A program made the translations under genes and the position numbers. A stretch of 64,000 nucleotides of DNA, from contig JAZDHK010000005.1 in NCBI GenBank assembly GCA_043806035.1, forward strand, positions 2,136-66,135. Reading direction: 5' to 3'. The notes under the pieces are model-generated. The model was not told the DNA's origin. It searched no databases and was given only the letters and a program-made list of their open reading frames with translations. The stretch comes from an archaeon. GTDB lineage: Archaea > Nanobdellota > Nanobdellia > Woesearchaeales > UBA9642. Below are positions 50,773 to 60,758 of this stretch, in pieces (the first letter of the stretch is position 1; the number at the start of each line of letters is the position of its first letter).

Positions 50773-52146
50773 ATGAAAAAACGTGCAGTGCTGTTCATTC
50801 TCATTATTGCCATTTTTGCTGTCGGTTGTGTTGAAAACGGTTTTGATGTTCCTCAAGGAGAGCCGGCAAATACCACCGTCGTGAACGACACAGGGCTGAT
50901 GGCTGTCGATCATAACGCTACGACCGTTGCGCAGAGCGAGTTATCCCCTCCTGAGTTTCCTTCTGAAGAAGAGCTGCAGGATTCCGTCAAAGCATGCGAG
51001 CTGTACAAGAATCAAGGCTACAAGGACATGTGTTATTATTATCATGCAAAGGCAAAAAAAGACGAAACATTATGCATGCGCATTCTCAATAACGGTATTC
51101 AGAACAACTGCAATTTTGAAGTTGCACTTGCAAAAGAGGACGTGAGTATTTGTAAGCGTATGACTGATACGAATTTGCAAGAAGTCTGCTTCAGAGAATT
51201 GGCCAAGCGAAAAAAAGACTTTTCACTCTGCTTACTCGCTCAACAGCAATGGCAACAGATAGAGTGCACTCGCCAAGTGGGAGAAGAAACAAAGACCGTT
51301 TCCTCTTGTGATGATGCCGCATTTGTGGATGCGTGCAGAACTGGCGTGGCTACTGGGCTGGGCGATAGTTCCGTCTGTGCAGTAGTGCAAGCAGCTGAAG
51401 AGAAAGACTGGTGCAGAAGAGGTGCTGCTATCGGAAGCGGACGTATGGATCTTTGCAAAGAGATCGCCAGCGCCAGCATTCGCGCAAGGTGTCAGAGCGA
51501 CGTTGCCATTGCAAGTAACAATACTGCCTTGTGCGAAGAGGTGCAAGAGCAGCTCAGTAAGGATGTTTGTTATTTTGCGCTCAGCCAGTATGCAAAGGAC
51601 GATTTTTCTCTTTGTCTTAAAATTAAAGATCCTAGCAGGCATGACGAATGCACATCCAATGTGGCCTTGTACAGAAAGGACAGAGCACTTTGTGCGGAGG
51701 TCACCAATCCGGATGTCAGGTTTTTCTGTGCCAGCGGCCTTGCTCGTCTGTTGAAGGACCCGGACTCTTGTGAGCTGCTTCCCGAAGGAATGATGAAAGA
51801 CCAATGCTTGAGCCAAGCAGGTATTGAACTGCTCGATACTGCGGTGTGCTTGCGTATCAGTGATGCCGGATGGAAAGATGAATGTCTTGCAAATGTGGGA
51901 AAAAATCTTGCTGATTCCAGTATATGCGAGCAAGTTACACAACAGTCAAAGAGAGATTACTGTTTCAGATACGCTGGTCAGAAGAAGAATGATGCCCTGC
52001 TATGCATGCAAGTCACTGAAGAAATTTGGAGAGACGCATGCTATTTTGATGTGGCCATTAATATGACTGATGCGGGTCTCTGCGAAAAAATAGAATACCT
52101 TCCTTGGCGTGAAAACTGCCTACACGTCGTTAGTGCAGCAAATTAG
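50773..52146 (+). CDS. Secreted lipoprotein with tandem Cys-rich helical repeats
   Basis: Signal ending IFAVGC; about 15 repeats of C-x-x-I-x(5-6)-(R/K)-x-x-C with roughly 25-aa period. Confidence 0.85.
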   Translation: MKKRAVLFILIIAIFAVGCVENGFDVPQGEPANTTVVNDTGLMAVDHNATTVAQSELSPPEFPSEEELQDSVKACELYKNQGYKDMCYYYHAKAKKDETLCMRILNNGIQNNCNFEVALAKEDVSICKRMTDTNLQEVCFRELAKRKKDFSLCLLAQQQWQQIECTRQVGEETKTVSSCDDAAFVDACRTGVATGLGDSSVCAVVQAAEEKDWCRRGAAIGSGRMDLCKEIASASIRARCQSDVAIASNNTALCEEVQEQLSKDVCYFALSQYAKDDFSLCLKIKDPSRHDECTSNVALYRKDRALCAEVTNPDVRFFCASGLARLLKDPDSCELLPEGMMKDQCLSQAGIELLDTAVCLRISDAGWKDECLANVGKNLADSSICEQVTQQSKRDYCFRYAGQKKNDALLCMQVTEEIWRDACYFDVAINMTDAGLCEKIEYLPWRENCLHVVSAAN

Positions 52147-53258
52147 TGTCGATTCCAATCTTTTAAAAAAGAACTCTTGAACTCCTCAAACGTCCCCGCG
52201 ATGATGCTTTCCCTCATCTTCCTCATCAGCTGCTGCATGAAATACGAGTTGTGGTAGCTCCGGTATCTTTTGCCGACGGGCTCGTTGATCCTGGCTAGGT
52301 GGTGCATGTACGCTTTGGTGAAATTTTTACAGACGAAACAGTCACACTGTTCATCGATGGGTGAGAGGTCGTTCATATATTTTGATTTCCTGATGTCGAG
52401 CTTACCCCTCCAGGTGAAGAGCGTGTGGCGCCGTGCGTTCTGCGTTGGGTAGACGGAATCAAAACAATCTACGCCGAGACCGACGCATGCAATGACGTCC
52501 TCGGGGCTGCCGACACCCATGACATATCTTGGTTTCTTCTCATCAACAAAAGGAAGGCTGGCATGCAATGCCTGGTACATCTCCTTTTTTGGCTCGCCTA
52601 TCGCAACACCGCCAATGGCAATACCGTCAAAATCAAGCGAGGAAAGGTATGCAGCACTTTCTTTTCTGAGGTCTGGGAAAAATCCGCCTTGAACGATACC
52701 AAACAGCAGTTGTCGTTTCTTGTCCTGCTTACGCAGCTCCTTGTGCGCATCAAGGCAGTCTTTCGCCCAGCGGTGCGTCTTTTCTAAGGCTTGCTCGAAT
52801 TGCTCTTTTGACGAGCCGTACGGAGCCATCTCATCAAGGACCATCGCAACATCGCTGCCGATGTCGTATTCTATCTGCATAATCTTTTCCGGCGTGAGGA
52901 TGTGCAGTTTCCCGTCGAATGGACTCTTGAAGTGGATGCCGTTCTTCGTTATTTTGACAAACATGCTCTCCTGACTAATCTGGAAGCCGCCGCAGTCCGT
53001 GAAGATGCTCCCGTTGTAGTGCATGAACTTGTGCAAGCTGCCGTGCGCCTTGATGACTGCAGTGCCCGGCTGCATGCTCAGCACGAGCGCATTGGCGATG
53101 ATGCACGGTGCTTTCATGTCGTTGTAGTCATCGCTGCCGATGCTTTTTCCTACAGCTCTCGTTGCTACAGGCATGAAGAACGGCGTCTCCATTTTTCCTG
53201 TTTTGGTTTCGAGCATGCCTGCGCGTGCATTGCCGTCTTTAGCGGTGATGGTGAACAT
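52143..53258 (-). CDS. tgt: Bacterial-type (queuine-family) tRNA-guanine transglycosylase
   Basis: TPFFMPVAT, TDCGGFQ, FGIVQGG, PRYVMGVG, GVDCFD, CDCFVC...HN zinc site. About 370 aa with no PUA extension. Confidence 0.93.
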   Translation of the reverse strand: MFTITAKDGNARAGMLETKTGKMETPFFMPVATRAVGKSIGSDDYNDMKAPCIIANALVLSMQPGTAVIKAHGSLHKFMHYNGSIFTDCGGFQISQESMFVKITKNGIHFKSPFDGKLHILTPEKIMQIEYDIGSDVAMVLDEMAPYGSSKEQFEQALEKTHRWAKDCLDAHKELRKQDKKRQLLFGIVQGGFFPDLRKESAAYLSSLDFDGIAIGGVAIGEPKKEMYQALHASLPFVDEKKPRYVMGVGSPEDVIACVGLGVDCFDSVYPTQNARRHTLFTWRGKLDIRKSKYMNDLSPIDEQCDCFVCKNFTKAYMHHLARINEPVGKRYRSYHNSYFMQQLMRKMRESIIAGTFEEFKSSFLKDWNRH

Positions 53259-53370
53259 GTGTTGTGGCAATCCTGAACGATATTTAAAATCTCTGGAAAT
53301 AGCGTATTTTTCTTTTTTGGAGCGCAATCTATTTAAAAGAAGAGAACAAGGGTTGTTGAGGGGTGTTACT

Positions 53371-54111
53371 ATGTTATTGACTGTTGTGTTAATTGTGGTG
53401 GGACTGTACTTGCTTGCGGGAATCAGGGTCATTAATCAGTACGAGCAGGCAATTATTTTTACGTTGGGCAGGTTCACTGGCGTGCGTCAGCCAGGATTGC
53501 AGTTCATCTTCATCATCTTCCAGCGCATGGTAATAGTGGATTTGCGTGTTAGGACGATAGACATCGACAAGCAACAGGTCATGACGGAAGACAACGTGCC
53601 TGTTCTGGTAAATGGTGTCGTGTTCTTCAAAGTACGAAAGATCCAGGACGCCATCATTAAGGTGCAGGATTACGAGTACGCTATTGCGCAGTACGCACAG
53701 ACTGCGTTACGAGATGTGATCGGCGGCATGACCCTCGATACCGTTCTTGGCCAGCGTCAGAAAGTGGGTGATGAAATTAGGAAGATCGTTGACAAGGAGA
53801 CTGACCAGTGGGGTCTTGATGTGCAGGTCATCAAATTGCAGGACATCGAAGTGCCGAATGACCTCAAGACGATCATGAGCAGGCAGGCAGGAGCAGAGAG
53901 AGAAAAGCGCGCGAACATCATCAAGAGCGAAGGTGACCTTGCAGCGTCGAAGAATCTCTCTGCGGCAGCAGGCATCATGGCGAAGAACAAGGGAGCCATG
54001 CAGCTGCGTACATTACAGACCCTCGATGGCCTCGGACCGACGGCCAGCAACACGGTGGTCATAGCTTTGCCTGTCGAGCTGATGGAGTTTTTCGACAAGT
54101 TCAAGAAATGA
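53371..54111 (+). CDS. SPFH/band-7 (stomatin/slipin) protein
   Basis: N-terminal TM, QYEQAIIFTLG, VDLR, AQTALRDVIG, AEREKRA, AMQLRTLQTL. Confidence 0.93.
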   Translation: MLLTVVLIVVGLYLLAGIRVINQYEQAIIFTLGRFTGVRQPGLQFIFIIFQRMVIVDLRVRTIDIDKQQVMTEDNVPVLVNGVVFFKVRKIQDAIIKVQDYEYAIAQYAQTALRDVIGGMTLDTVLGQRQKVGDEIRKIVDKETDQWGLDVQVIKLQDIEVPNDLKTIMSRQAGAEREKRANIIKSEGDLAASKNLSAAAGIMAKNKGAMQLRTLQTLDGLGPTASNTVVIALPVELMEFFDKFKK

Positions 54112-54151
54112 TTTCGTAAATATTATAAACGCGGTCTGCACTCCCCACATC

Positions 54152-54208
54152 ATGTTTGTCAGACAACGTTGCCTAAAGCGATATATTCTCGACCTAGCTA
54201 ATCGATAG
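54152..54208 (+). CDS. Possible 18-aa leaderless micro-ORF MFVRQRCLKRYILDLANR
   Basis: TTATAAAC begins 29 nt before the ATG; T-rich tract follows the stop. Confidence 0.3.
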   Translation: MFVRQRCLKRYILDLANR

Positions 54209-54284
54209 TTTCTTTCTCATCATTTGTAATTCATTTTGGTAAGACATTTAAACCGTTGTATCACCAAAGCAAGGAGGGATACTC

Positions 54285-55598
54285 ATGAAATGCGAAGAAT
54301 CAAAGGAAGGCAAGTACAGCAGCATCGCCGCTGCCATCAAGCAAGGCACGGGCAAGGCAAGCATCAGAGGGTGGGTGTACAGAGAAAGAGGCAGCGCTGC
54401 CAGAAAATTCATCGTCTTGAGAGACAGCACGAACACCATCCAATGCGTCATCGAAAAAAGCGTCGTCGGCGAGGAGCAGTATGCTGTCGCTGACAAGATC
54501 CAGCTCGAGGCAAGCATGGAATTGCACGGCGAAATCCACAAGGATGATAGGGCACCGACAGGATTCGAGCTGCGCGTGGATGCGTTCACCGTCATTGGAC
54601 CGAGCGAGAACTTCCCCCTCAACAAGGATCACGGTGCAGAATTCCTTGCGGACAACAGGCATCTTTGGCTGAGGAGCAGAAAGATGACCGCCATCCTCAA
54701 AATCAGGAGCGAAGTATTCAGGGCCATAGACGAGTATTTTAAGAAGGAAGGCTTCTACGAATACCACTCTCCCATCTTCCAGAGCGTGCAGTGCGAAGGC
54801 GGCTCCTCATTGTTTGAGGTTGACTATTTCAAACAGAAAGGCGTTTTTTTGGCGCAGACGTGGCAGCTCTACGCAGAGCCTGCCATTTTCAGCCTCGAAA
54901 AGATTTACACAATCGCTCCCAGCTTCAGGGCAGAAAAATCAAAGACGAGCAGGCACCTGACTGAGTACTGGCATTGCGAGATGGAAGTGGCCTGGGCATC
55001 TTTCAAAGACATCCAAGACTACGGGGAAGCGCTTATCAAGCACATCGTCAGGGCAGTATTGGATACTTGCCAGGCAGAGTTGAAAATCCTTGAGCGGGAT
55101 CCGAAAAAGCTCGAGCCCACGGTTGAGAAGCCTTTCCCGAGAATGACCTACGACGATGCGCTCAAACTCTTGCGGGAGAACAAGCTTGCTTGGGGAGAGG
55201 ACCTCAGGACGCTTGAAGAAGACGAACTCTCGAAGCACCACGACACGCCGTTCCTCATCACCCATTATCCCAAAAAGGTGAAGGCGTTCTACATGAAGGA
55301 ATGTCCCGATAACCCCGATGTGGTGCACGGTGTTGACTTCATAGGACCTGAAGGATATGGAGAGATTATTGGCGGCAGCGAGCGGGAGAGCGACATGCAC
55401 AAAATTGAGAAGAGGCTCGAGGACGATGGTGAAGATGTTGCGCAATACGCATTCTACCTGGATACGAGAAGGTATGGCTCGGTTCCTCATGGCGGCTTTG
55501 GCCTTGGTATAGAGCGGCTTATCAGTTGGATCTGTGGCCTGGATAACATCAAGGATGCCATTCCCTTTCCCAGAACCATGGTCAGGTGGACACCCTAA
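54285..55598 (+). CDS. asnS: Asparagine-tRNA ligase
   Basis: RHLWLRS, QLYAE, FRAEKSKTSRHLTEYW, GEIIGGSERE, PHGGFGLGIER. Confidence 0.93.
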   Translation: MKCEESKEGKYSSIAAAIKQGTGKASIRGWVYRERGSAARKFIVLRDSTNTIQCVIEKSVVGEEQYAVADKIQLEASMELHGEIHKDDRAPTGFELRVDAFTVIGPSENFPLNKDHGAEFLADNRHLWLRSRKMTAILKIRSEVFRAIDEYFKKEGFYEYHSPIFQSVQCEGGSSLFEVDYFKQKGVFLAQTWQLYAEPAIFSLEKIYTIAPSFRAEKSKTSRHLTEYWHCEMEVAWASFKDIQDYGEALIKHIVRAVLDTCQAELKILERDPKKLEPTVEKPFPRMTYDDALKLLRENKLAWGEDLRTLEEDELSKHHDTPFLITHYPKKVKAFYMKECPDNPDVVHGVDFIGPEGYGEIIGGSERESDMHKIEKRLEDDGEDVAQYAFYLDTRRYGSVPHGGFGLGIERLISWICGLDNIKDAIPFPRTMVRWTP

Positions 55599-55602
55599 CT
55601 AT

Positions 55603-55642
55603 TTTCGTTTTTTATTACTTATTAGTAGTTACAAAAACGAAA
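55603..55642 (+). terminator. Hairpin/T-rich terminator after asnS, overlapping the BRE of the next gene
   Basis: TTTCGTTTTT (55603-55612) pairs with AAAAACGAAA (55633-55642); inner ATTACT/AGTAGT. Confidence 0.45.
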
Positions 55643-55674
55643 GATTTATATAGTGGTACTCCCTCTATGGATAC

Positions 55675-56367
55675 ATGGCGCTCAAAGGAAGACTTGACAA
55701 AGACAATCTTGAACAAACCATAGCAAATATGGACGTGGGTCAAGAAGGCTACGTTGAACCAGAGGCACTTATCATAACTCATACACGAGAATCCTATCTA
55801 GATACGAGCGTTAAGATCCTTTCTTCTGTTAAACAACCGAAACAGTACATCCGTGTGAAACGAACTGGCAGCGGAAAAAACGCGTATGACGTAGATATCT
55901 CAAGCACGCAATATGTCTGGAAGACCGTGGAAAACCCCCACGGCAATAGTTTCGCTGAAATGCTTAGCGCATATCAGGGATCACCCATAGTCTGTCTTAC
56001 AGAAAAACAAGAGACTGATACTTCTTCTAAAAAACGGTCTACTGCCAAGAAAGAGAAGAAACCAAAAACTACTGATCCGTATACTGAATACATGAATACT
56101 ATAGGACAACTCACTAGAAAGATGCGCATCGATTCAGGACTAGAACCCGATTACGACAACCTCCCCATCGATCAAGAGTTCATGGACGATCTTGAAAGAA
56201 CATCAGCTATCGCGTTAGGCATAGAAATCGACCCGCGAAAATATCCGCAAACACACTCGTTACGTGTCCAACTGTATAATGCAGTTCTGGAAGAAGACTA
56301 CTCTGCCGCAGAGCAGCTCAAAAATCAGATTCTCAAGACAGACCAGTCATTATACTCTGAAAAATAG
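55675..56367 (+). CDS. Hypothetical protein with C-terminal UVR-like coiled motif
   Basis: LRVQLYNAVLEEDYSAAEQLKNQI; TTTATATA begins 30 nt before the ATG; AT-rich. Confidence 0.7.
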   Translation: MALKGRLDKDNLEQTIANMDVGQEGYVEPEALIITHTRESYLDTSVKILSSVKQPKQYIRVKRTGSGKNAYDVDISSTQYVWKTVENPHGNSFAEMLSAYQGSPIVCLTEKQETDTSSKKRSTAKKEKKPKTTDPYTEYMNTIGQLTRKMRIDSGLEPDYDNLPIDQEFMDDLERTSAIALGIEIDPRKYPQTHSLRVQLYNAVLEEDYSAAEQLKNQILKTDQSLYSEK

Positions 56368-56371
56368 ATGC

Positions 56372-57577
56372 TCACTCGAGTCCGAGCGTTGTTTTTCCCT
56401 GCTTGCGCATCCTGTCCTCGTAGCTGTACACTTTCTCTCCATCCTCACGAGGAACGCTCAGGATGCTCATGAGCTTCTTGGCAAGCGCTATCTCTTCTTC
56501 AGGAGTCATGCCCGTCTTTACTTGCCCTGCGTGTTCGTGCAAGAACGCAGATTCCAATTCTTCGGCTGAATGGTACTCCTTCTTGAACTCCTCGAACTGC
56601 TCTGAAGTGAACGCCGCCGTGTTTTTCAGGAAAGCATACGCGCCCTGATTGAGCGTTTGCTGCATAATTTCATTGAAAGGAACATCGGCAGTCTTGCCGC
56701 TCGCCAAGCACCCTTCCACGCGCAGCGTGATGATGGCATCATGCACATCAGTGAGTGCGTCCTTGATTGCTGCCGTGACTTGTGCAGGCGTGCTGTGCTC
56801 GGCACTGACCGTTATGCTCAACACTTTTTTCAAAGGCAAATCTTTGCGGATGATTGTGCCGTTACTATAGATGAAGAATCCGCCGTGCTCGAGCTGTTCT
56901 AACTCAGAGAAGCTGTTCGGAAAGAGCGGCCCAGGATACACGATGTGTTGGTAGTGCGGAAAGCTGTGCTGGATGACCTCGTGTACGTGCCCGCCTGCAT
57001 AGTAGAGGAAATTCTTGGGCAGGAAAGACAAGGGAGAGGAGATGCTGTGGCTCATGCCTGCACTCTTGAGCTCATCGAGCGCAGTATGAAAGAGGAACAG
57101 TTTCTCCCCCTGTTCACGCTCGAGCGCATCAGCGTCCAAATGCTCGTAATAGTTCTTCTCCAGCATGCCTCTCCTGCCCAACATGCCAGTCAGTTTAACT
57201 CCCGTCTTCTTGTCGTGCGTGAAATGCAGGCGTAAGCGCTGTTCCTCGACATGTCCTCTGAAGACGTTCTTGACGAGCCGCGCCTCTTCCAGCACGTCAA
57301 TCATGCTCTTGCCCGTATGCGTCACGTCATGGCTGCCCGGGATGATGTAAACGGGGATGCTTGCCTGCTTAAGTCGCTCCAGTTGGGAAACAGTAAATTT
57401 GAGCACGTCGATGTTCGGCAGGGCGGTGTTGAAGAGATCTCCGCAGATGAGGACAAAATCCGTCTGCTCACGAATGCACGTGCTGACTGCTTGCTCGAAT
57501 GCCTGTAGCGAGAGCGCCTTGAGTTTCTGTTCTCTCCACGCGTCGAGATGGCAGTCGGCCAGATGCCCAAATTTCAT
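56372..57577 (-). CDS. mre11: Mre11/SbcD nuclease
   Basis: HLADCHL, GDLFN, IPGSHD, FHT, GGHVH, YPG. Confidence 0.93.
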   Translation of the reverse strand: MKFGHLADCHLDAWREQKLKALSLQAFEQAVSTCIREQTDFVLICGDLFNTALPNIDVLKFTVSQLERLKQASIPVYIIPGSHDVTHTGKSMIDVLEEARLVKNVFRGHVEEQRLRLHFTHDKKTGVKLTGMLGRRGMLEKNYYEHLDADALEREQGEKLFLFHTALDELKSAGMSHSISSPLSFLPKNFLYYAGGHVHEVIQHSFPHYQHIVYPGPLFPNSFSELEQLEHGGFFIYSNGTIIRKDLPLKKVLSITVSAEHSTPAQVTAAIKDALTDVHDAIITLRVEGCLASGKTADVPFNEIMQQTLNQGAYAFLKNTAAFTSEQFEEFKKEYHSAEELESAFLHEHAGQVKTGMTPEEEIALAKKLMSILSVPREDGEKVYSYEDRMRKQGKTTLGLE

Positions 57578-59085
57578 AGTCTCATCCCGAACACCTGCCT
57601 GTTCTGCGCTGCCGCTTTTTTGCATCGTTCATCGAAGAAAGGGATCTTAATGGGGATGGCGAATTTTGCGAAGTTGCTGCTCACGATGGCCTCGCCCTTG
57701 TCGAGGCTGGCAATGGTTCTCTGGTCCTTGCTCAAATCGTGTGCGCAACTCTCGATGAGCGCTATACGTTCTGTCTGCATCTCCACACCGAGAATTATTT
57801 TCGTGTTCATGTTGGCAAGTATTTCTCTTGGGATGAGCGAGGGCAGCTGGGTTATTGCCGTAAGTCCCACTTTGAACTTCCTTCCTTCCCTAGCGAGTGT
57901 CGAGAAGATGTTCTGGCCTTGCTCGAGTGCTTCCTTGCCCAGAACTCTGGGCGCTTCTTCCAAGACGATGCTGATGACGGGCTTGTCGTTCAGTTCATTG
58001 TTCATCTTGAGCAGCTTGTACCGTGTATAGATTTCTGTCGCGATAATGCTGCCGATGAGCAATTCTACATTCCCCGAAAAATTGCTCGTGTTGATGATAA
58101 TCGTTTTTGCCTGCATGAGCGCCTCGGCAATATCCGTTATGGTAGATTCTCCTGCGCTGAACTGAAATGCGCCGTTGCAGAAAATCTGGTTGTTGGCAAA
58201 GTCGAGGTCGAGCAGGGAGCGCATGCGCCTTTTCAAGACGGCAACGGTAGCATCGACAAAACTCACTTTGAGCGGCTTCTCGAGCAGGATGCCCTCGATC
58301 CAGCGCTCTCCATATTCTTTGTAGTATGCTTGCATGGCCTGTTTTTGCGGCCCGGAAAAGTCAATGAAGTCAAAATGTTCTGGCTTGAGCAGCCTTAGAT
58401 TGATGGTGAGGCTGCGCTGCCCGCGAGGAGGATTTTTTGCATAGTACAGTACCCTTTCTTTTTTCGGATGCAGACTCATGCCCACACCATTCCTCAAATA
58501 ATATTCGTCGTGCGGGTCGAGCACGAGCATGCCCGTGTGCTGGGCGTCGATGGCATCCCAGATGAGATTGCTCATCAGCACGGATTTTCCCTTGCCCGTC
58601 GTTCCCACGATGAGGACGTGATGGCTGAACACCTGCTCTGCATCCAGCGTAATGGGCAAGTCGAGCGTCTTGCTGCCGCTACGGAGATTGCCCAAGAAGA
58701 ACGGCTTGTACTGGTCGAGCAGGAACTGCAAGTCAGCAGTTGTCGGCTCGCGCAACGGCGAGAATGCCTCGGGCAATTCTTTTGCTGTCGTCGCCGTCTT
58801 TCCTTCTAAGGTGAGCAAGTTCTTGAGTATGGCGAGCTTGTACGTTCTCAGCTCCTCGTCTATCAAAGAAACGTCAGCTTGTTCGTCCATGCTTAGCCCT
58901 GAGATCATCTCGAGATGCTGCTGCGGCAATTGGCTCCCGTACAAGAGATCATACACTTGCAGTAATGACTTCTTCCCTTGCATGTCCGCAATGACGAGCT
59001 CGCCTAATTGGAATTCCTCTCCAGACTTCTGCCTGGCGATGACCTCATTGAACCTGCCTGCGATGACTTGGCCCTTGACTACCAT
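57574..59085 (-). CDS. herA: HerA helicase/ATPase
   Basis: HAS-barrel N-terminus, [38 protein letters not shown]. Confidence 0.93.
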   Translation of the reverse strand: MVVKGQVIAGRFNEVIARQKSGEEFQLGELVIADMQGKKSLLQVYDLLYGSQLPQQHLEMISGLSMDEQADVSLIDEELRTYKLAILKNLLTLEGKTATTAKELPEAFSPLREPTTADLQFLLDQYKPFFLGNLRSGSKTLDLPITLDAEQVFSHHVLIVGTTGKGKSVLMSNLIWDAIDAQHTGMLVLDPHDEYYLRNGVGMSLHPKKERVLYYAKNPPRGQRSLTINLRLLKPEHFDFIDFSGPQKQAMQAYYKEYGERWIEGILLEKPLKVSFVDATVAVLKRRMRSLLDLDFANNQIFCNGAFQFSAGESTITDIAEALMQAKTIIINTSNFSGNVELLIGSIIATEIYTRYKLLKMNNELNDKPVISIVLEEAPRVLGKEALEQGQNIFSTLAREGRKFKVGLTAITQLPSLIPREILANMNTKIILGVEMQTERIALIESCAHDLSKDQRTIASLDKGEAIVSSNFAKFAIPIKIPFFDERCKKAAAQNRQVFGMRL

Positions 59086-59129
59086 GCTGTCGGGAAAGAA
59101 GGTGCTTATTTAAAGATTATGGCCGTATC

Positions 59130-60614
59130 TCATGGTGCTCGGATGACTTGTTTCTGCACCAAGTCAAGCGTAAGTCTTCCTTTTGTGTCGACGTAGAAAT
59201 CAGTCACTACAATCTTCCTGGTCTTCCACACAATGATGAAATACAGGGGTGCTGCCACGCAGCTGATGAGCAAGGCCAAGAGTAACATGACCGTGCCTAT
59301 GCCGTAACTTTGTGCCATCCATGAGAAGATGGGTACGAGGATGATGATGGGGATGATGGAGAGCAGCGCGAGACTGGAGAAGTATCCTGCAAGCTCGTCT
59401 TTGAGAAGGATCTTCCTGAAAAACATGCCTTGTGCCGTCCCCAACAGTGCTGCGCCGATGATGCTGATGGCAGTTGCCGTTCCCACGCTGATGAGCATGG
59501 GGCTGGCGTAGATGGTGAGCGGCAGGATGGCGACGAGCAAGGTGCCGAAGACGAGCATAGGTCCTTCCCCTATCTTGAGATTGACGCTTCTCGTTATTAA
59601 CGGCCCGAAGACGGCTGCGACGAGTGCTATGACGAAGATAACGGCAACGTTCATGAACCCTCCTAGTCCGACATTGCTGAACTGCCTGTAGATGAAGATG
59701 CCAAAGTAGCTGTTCACGACGAGTTCTGAGACGATGATGAGCACGGTTGCAGCAGTTGCCAGCACGGCAAGCGAGTTCTTCCTCCAGATCTTGAGGTTTT
59801 GTTGTGTCTTGAGCAGGAATGCGTCGAAAATGAACACGTTCTTCTCTTGCACCTCTTCCGGTTTGAGCCTGCTGAGCAGGTATCCTGAGATGATGAAAAG
59901 GATCGCGGTAACTTCAAAGCAGATGATGAATCCGTAAAGTCTGAAGCTCAGCTGCATGCCCAGTAGGGAGAGCGTGAGGGGAATTCCCTGGAGGGGGATG
60001 CTACTCATGATGTAGCCGCTCACGAGCAAGCCTGCTGCAGTGAAGAGCAGTCCTGCAAGGCTTATGTGTGCCAAAAACCAGGGCATTTTTTCCTTGCGCA
60101 ATTGCTGGTGCGTGAATTGCTGGAAGGTATCGCCGTGCGTGACTATCCCTATACTGCCTGAGAGCAAGGCGATGGTGAAGAACCAGGGCGCCTTGAAGAT
60201 GATGCCTATGCTGAGGAAGATGAAGCTGAATCCGAACAGGATGCCTCCCGACCTAATCATGGTCGGGGTTATTCGTTTTGACTTGTCGTACTCTTGGACG
60301 AGCCCTCCGATGATGTTGGTGAGTATTGCCTTCAGCCCATTGACGAGACCTATAAGAAAGAGTCCTGCGCCGGTGAAGAGGAAGAGGATGTTGACGAGTT
60401 GCGGGCTCGTGAGTCCATACCCTATTCGGTCAATGATCTCTTTCGTGGTGATGACGTTGGCTTTTTGCTGCACGTCCGGCCGTTGGTCATGTTTTTGGAT
60501 GGTCACGTCTATATCTACGTCCATAAAGCCTTGCGCGGAGAGCCGTGCTTTCAGTTCCGGCTTGCTTTGACCTTCAGCTATACCTTTACGTACGAGAACG
60601 TCTAACTCACCCAT
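59130..60614 (-). CDS. MFS-like membrane transporter with soluble N-terminal domain
   Basis: About 12 hydrophobic segments following a charged ~50-aa head. Confidence 0.75.
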   Translation of the reverse strand: MGELDVLVRKGIAEGQSKPELKARLSAQGFMDVDIDVTIQKHDQRPDVQQKANVITTKEIIDRIGYGLTSPQLVNILFLFTGAGLFLIGLVNGLKAILTNIIGGLVQEYDKSKRITPTMIRSGGILFGFSFIFLSIGIIFKAPWFFTIALLSGSIGIVTHGDTFQQFTHQQLRKEKMPWFLAHISLAGLLFTAAGLLVSGYIMSSIPLQGIPLTLSLLGMQLSFRLYGFIICFEVTAILFIISGYLLSRLKPEEVQEKNVFIFDAFLLKTQQNLKIWRKNSLAVLATAATVLIIVSELVVNSYFGIFIYRQFSNVGLGGFMNVAVIFVIALVAAVFGPLITRSVNLKIGEGPMLVFGTLLVAILPLTIYASPMLISVGTATAISIIGAALLGTAQGMFFRKILLKDELAGYFSSLALLSIIPIIILVPIFSWMAQSYGIGTVMLLLALLISCVAAPLYFIIVWKTRKIVVTDFYVDTKGRLTLDLVQKQVIRAP

Positions 60615-60758
60615 GGTGTGATTTGGCTGATGATACTTTTTAAAGATTGCTGTTTCAATACCTTTTTAAAGAGTCATTCCTGAGGAGCAAAAAACGAACA
60701 TTGGATGTTTTCTTTTTTTTTTCATAATCTTTAAAAACGCCTTCCCGTTCATGAGCGC

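Noticed and set aside
52143..53258. Archaeosine TGT (TgtA)
   Set aside because: It is short, lacks the C-terminal PUA domains, and has bacterial-type motifs.
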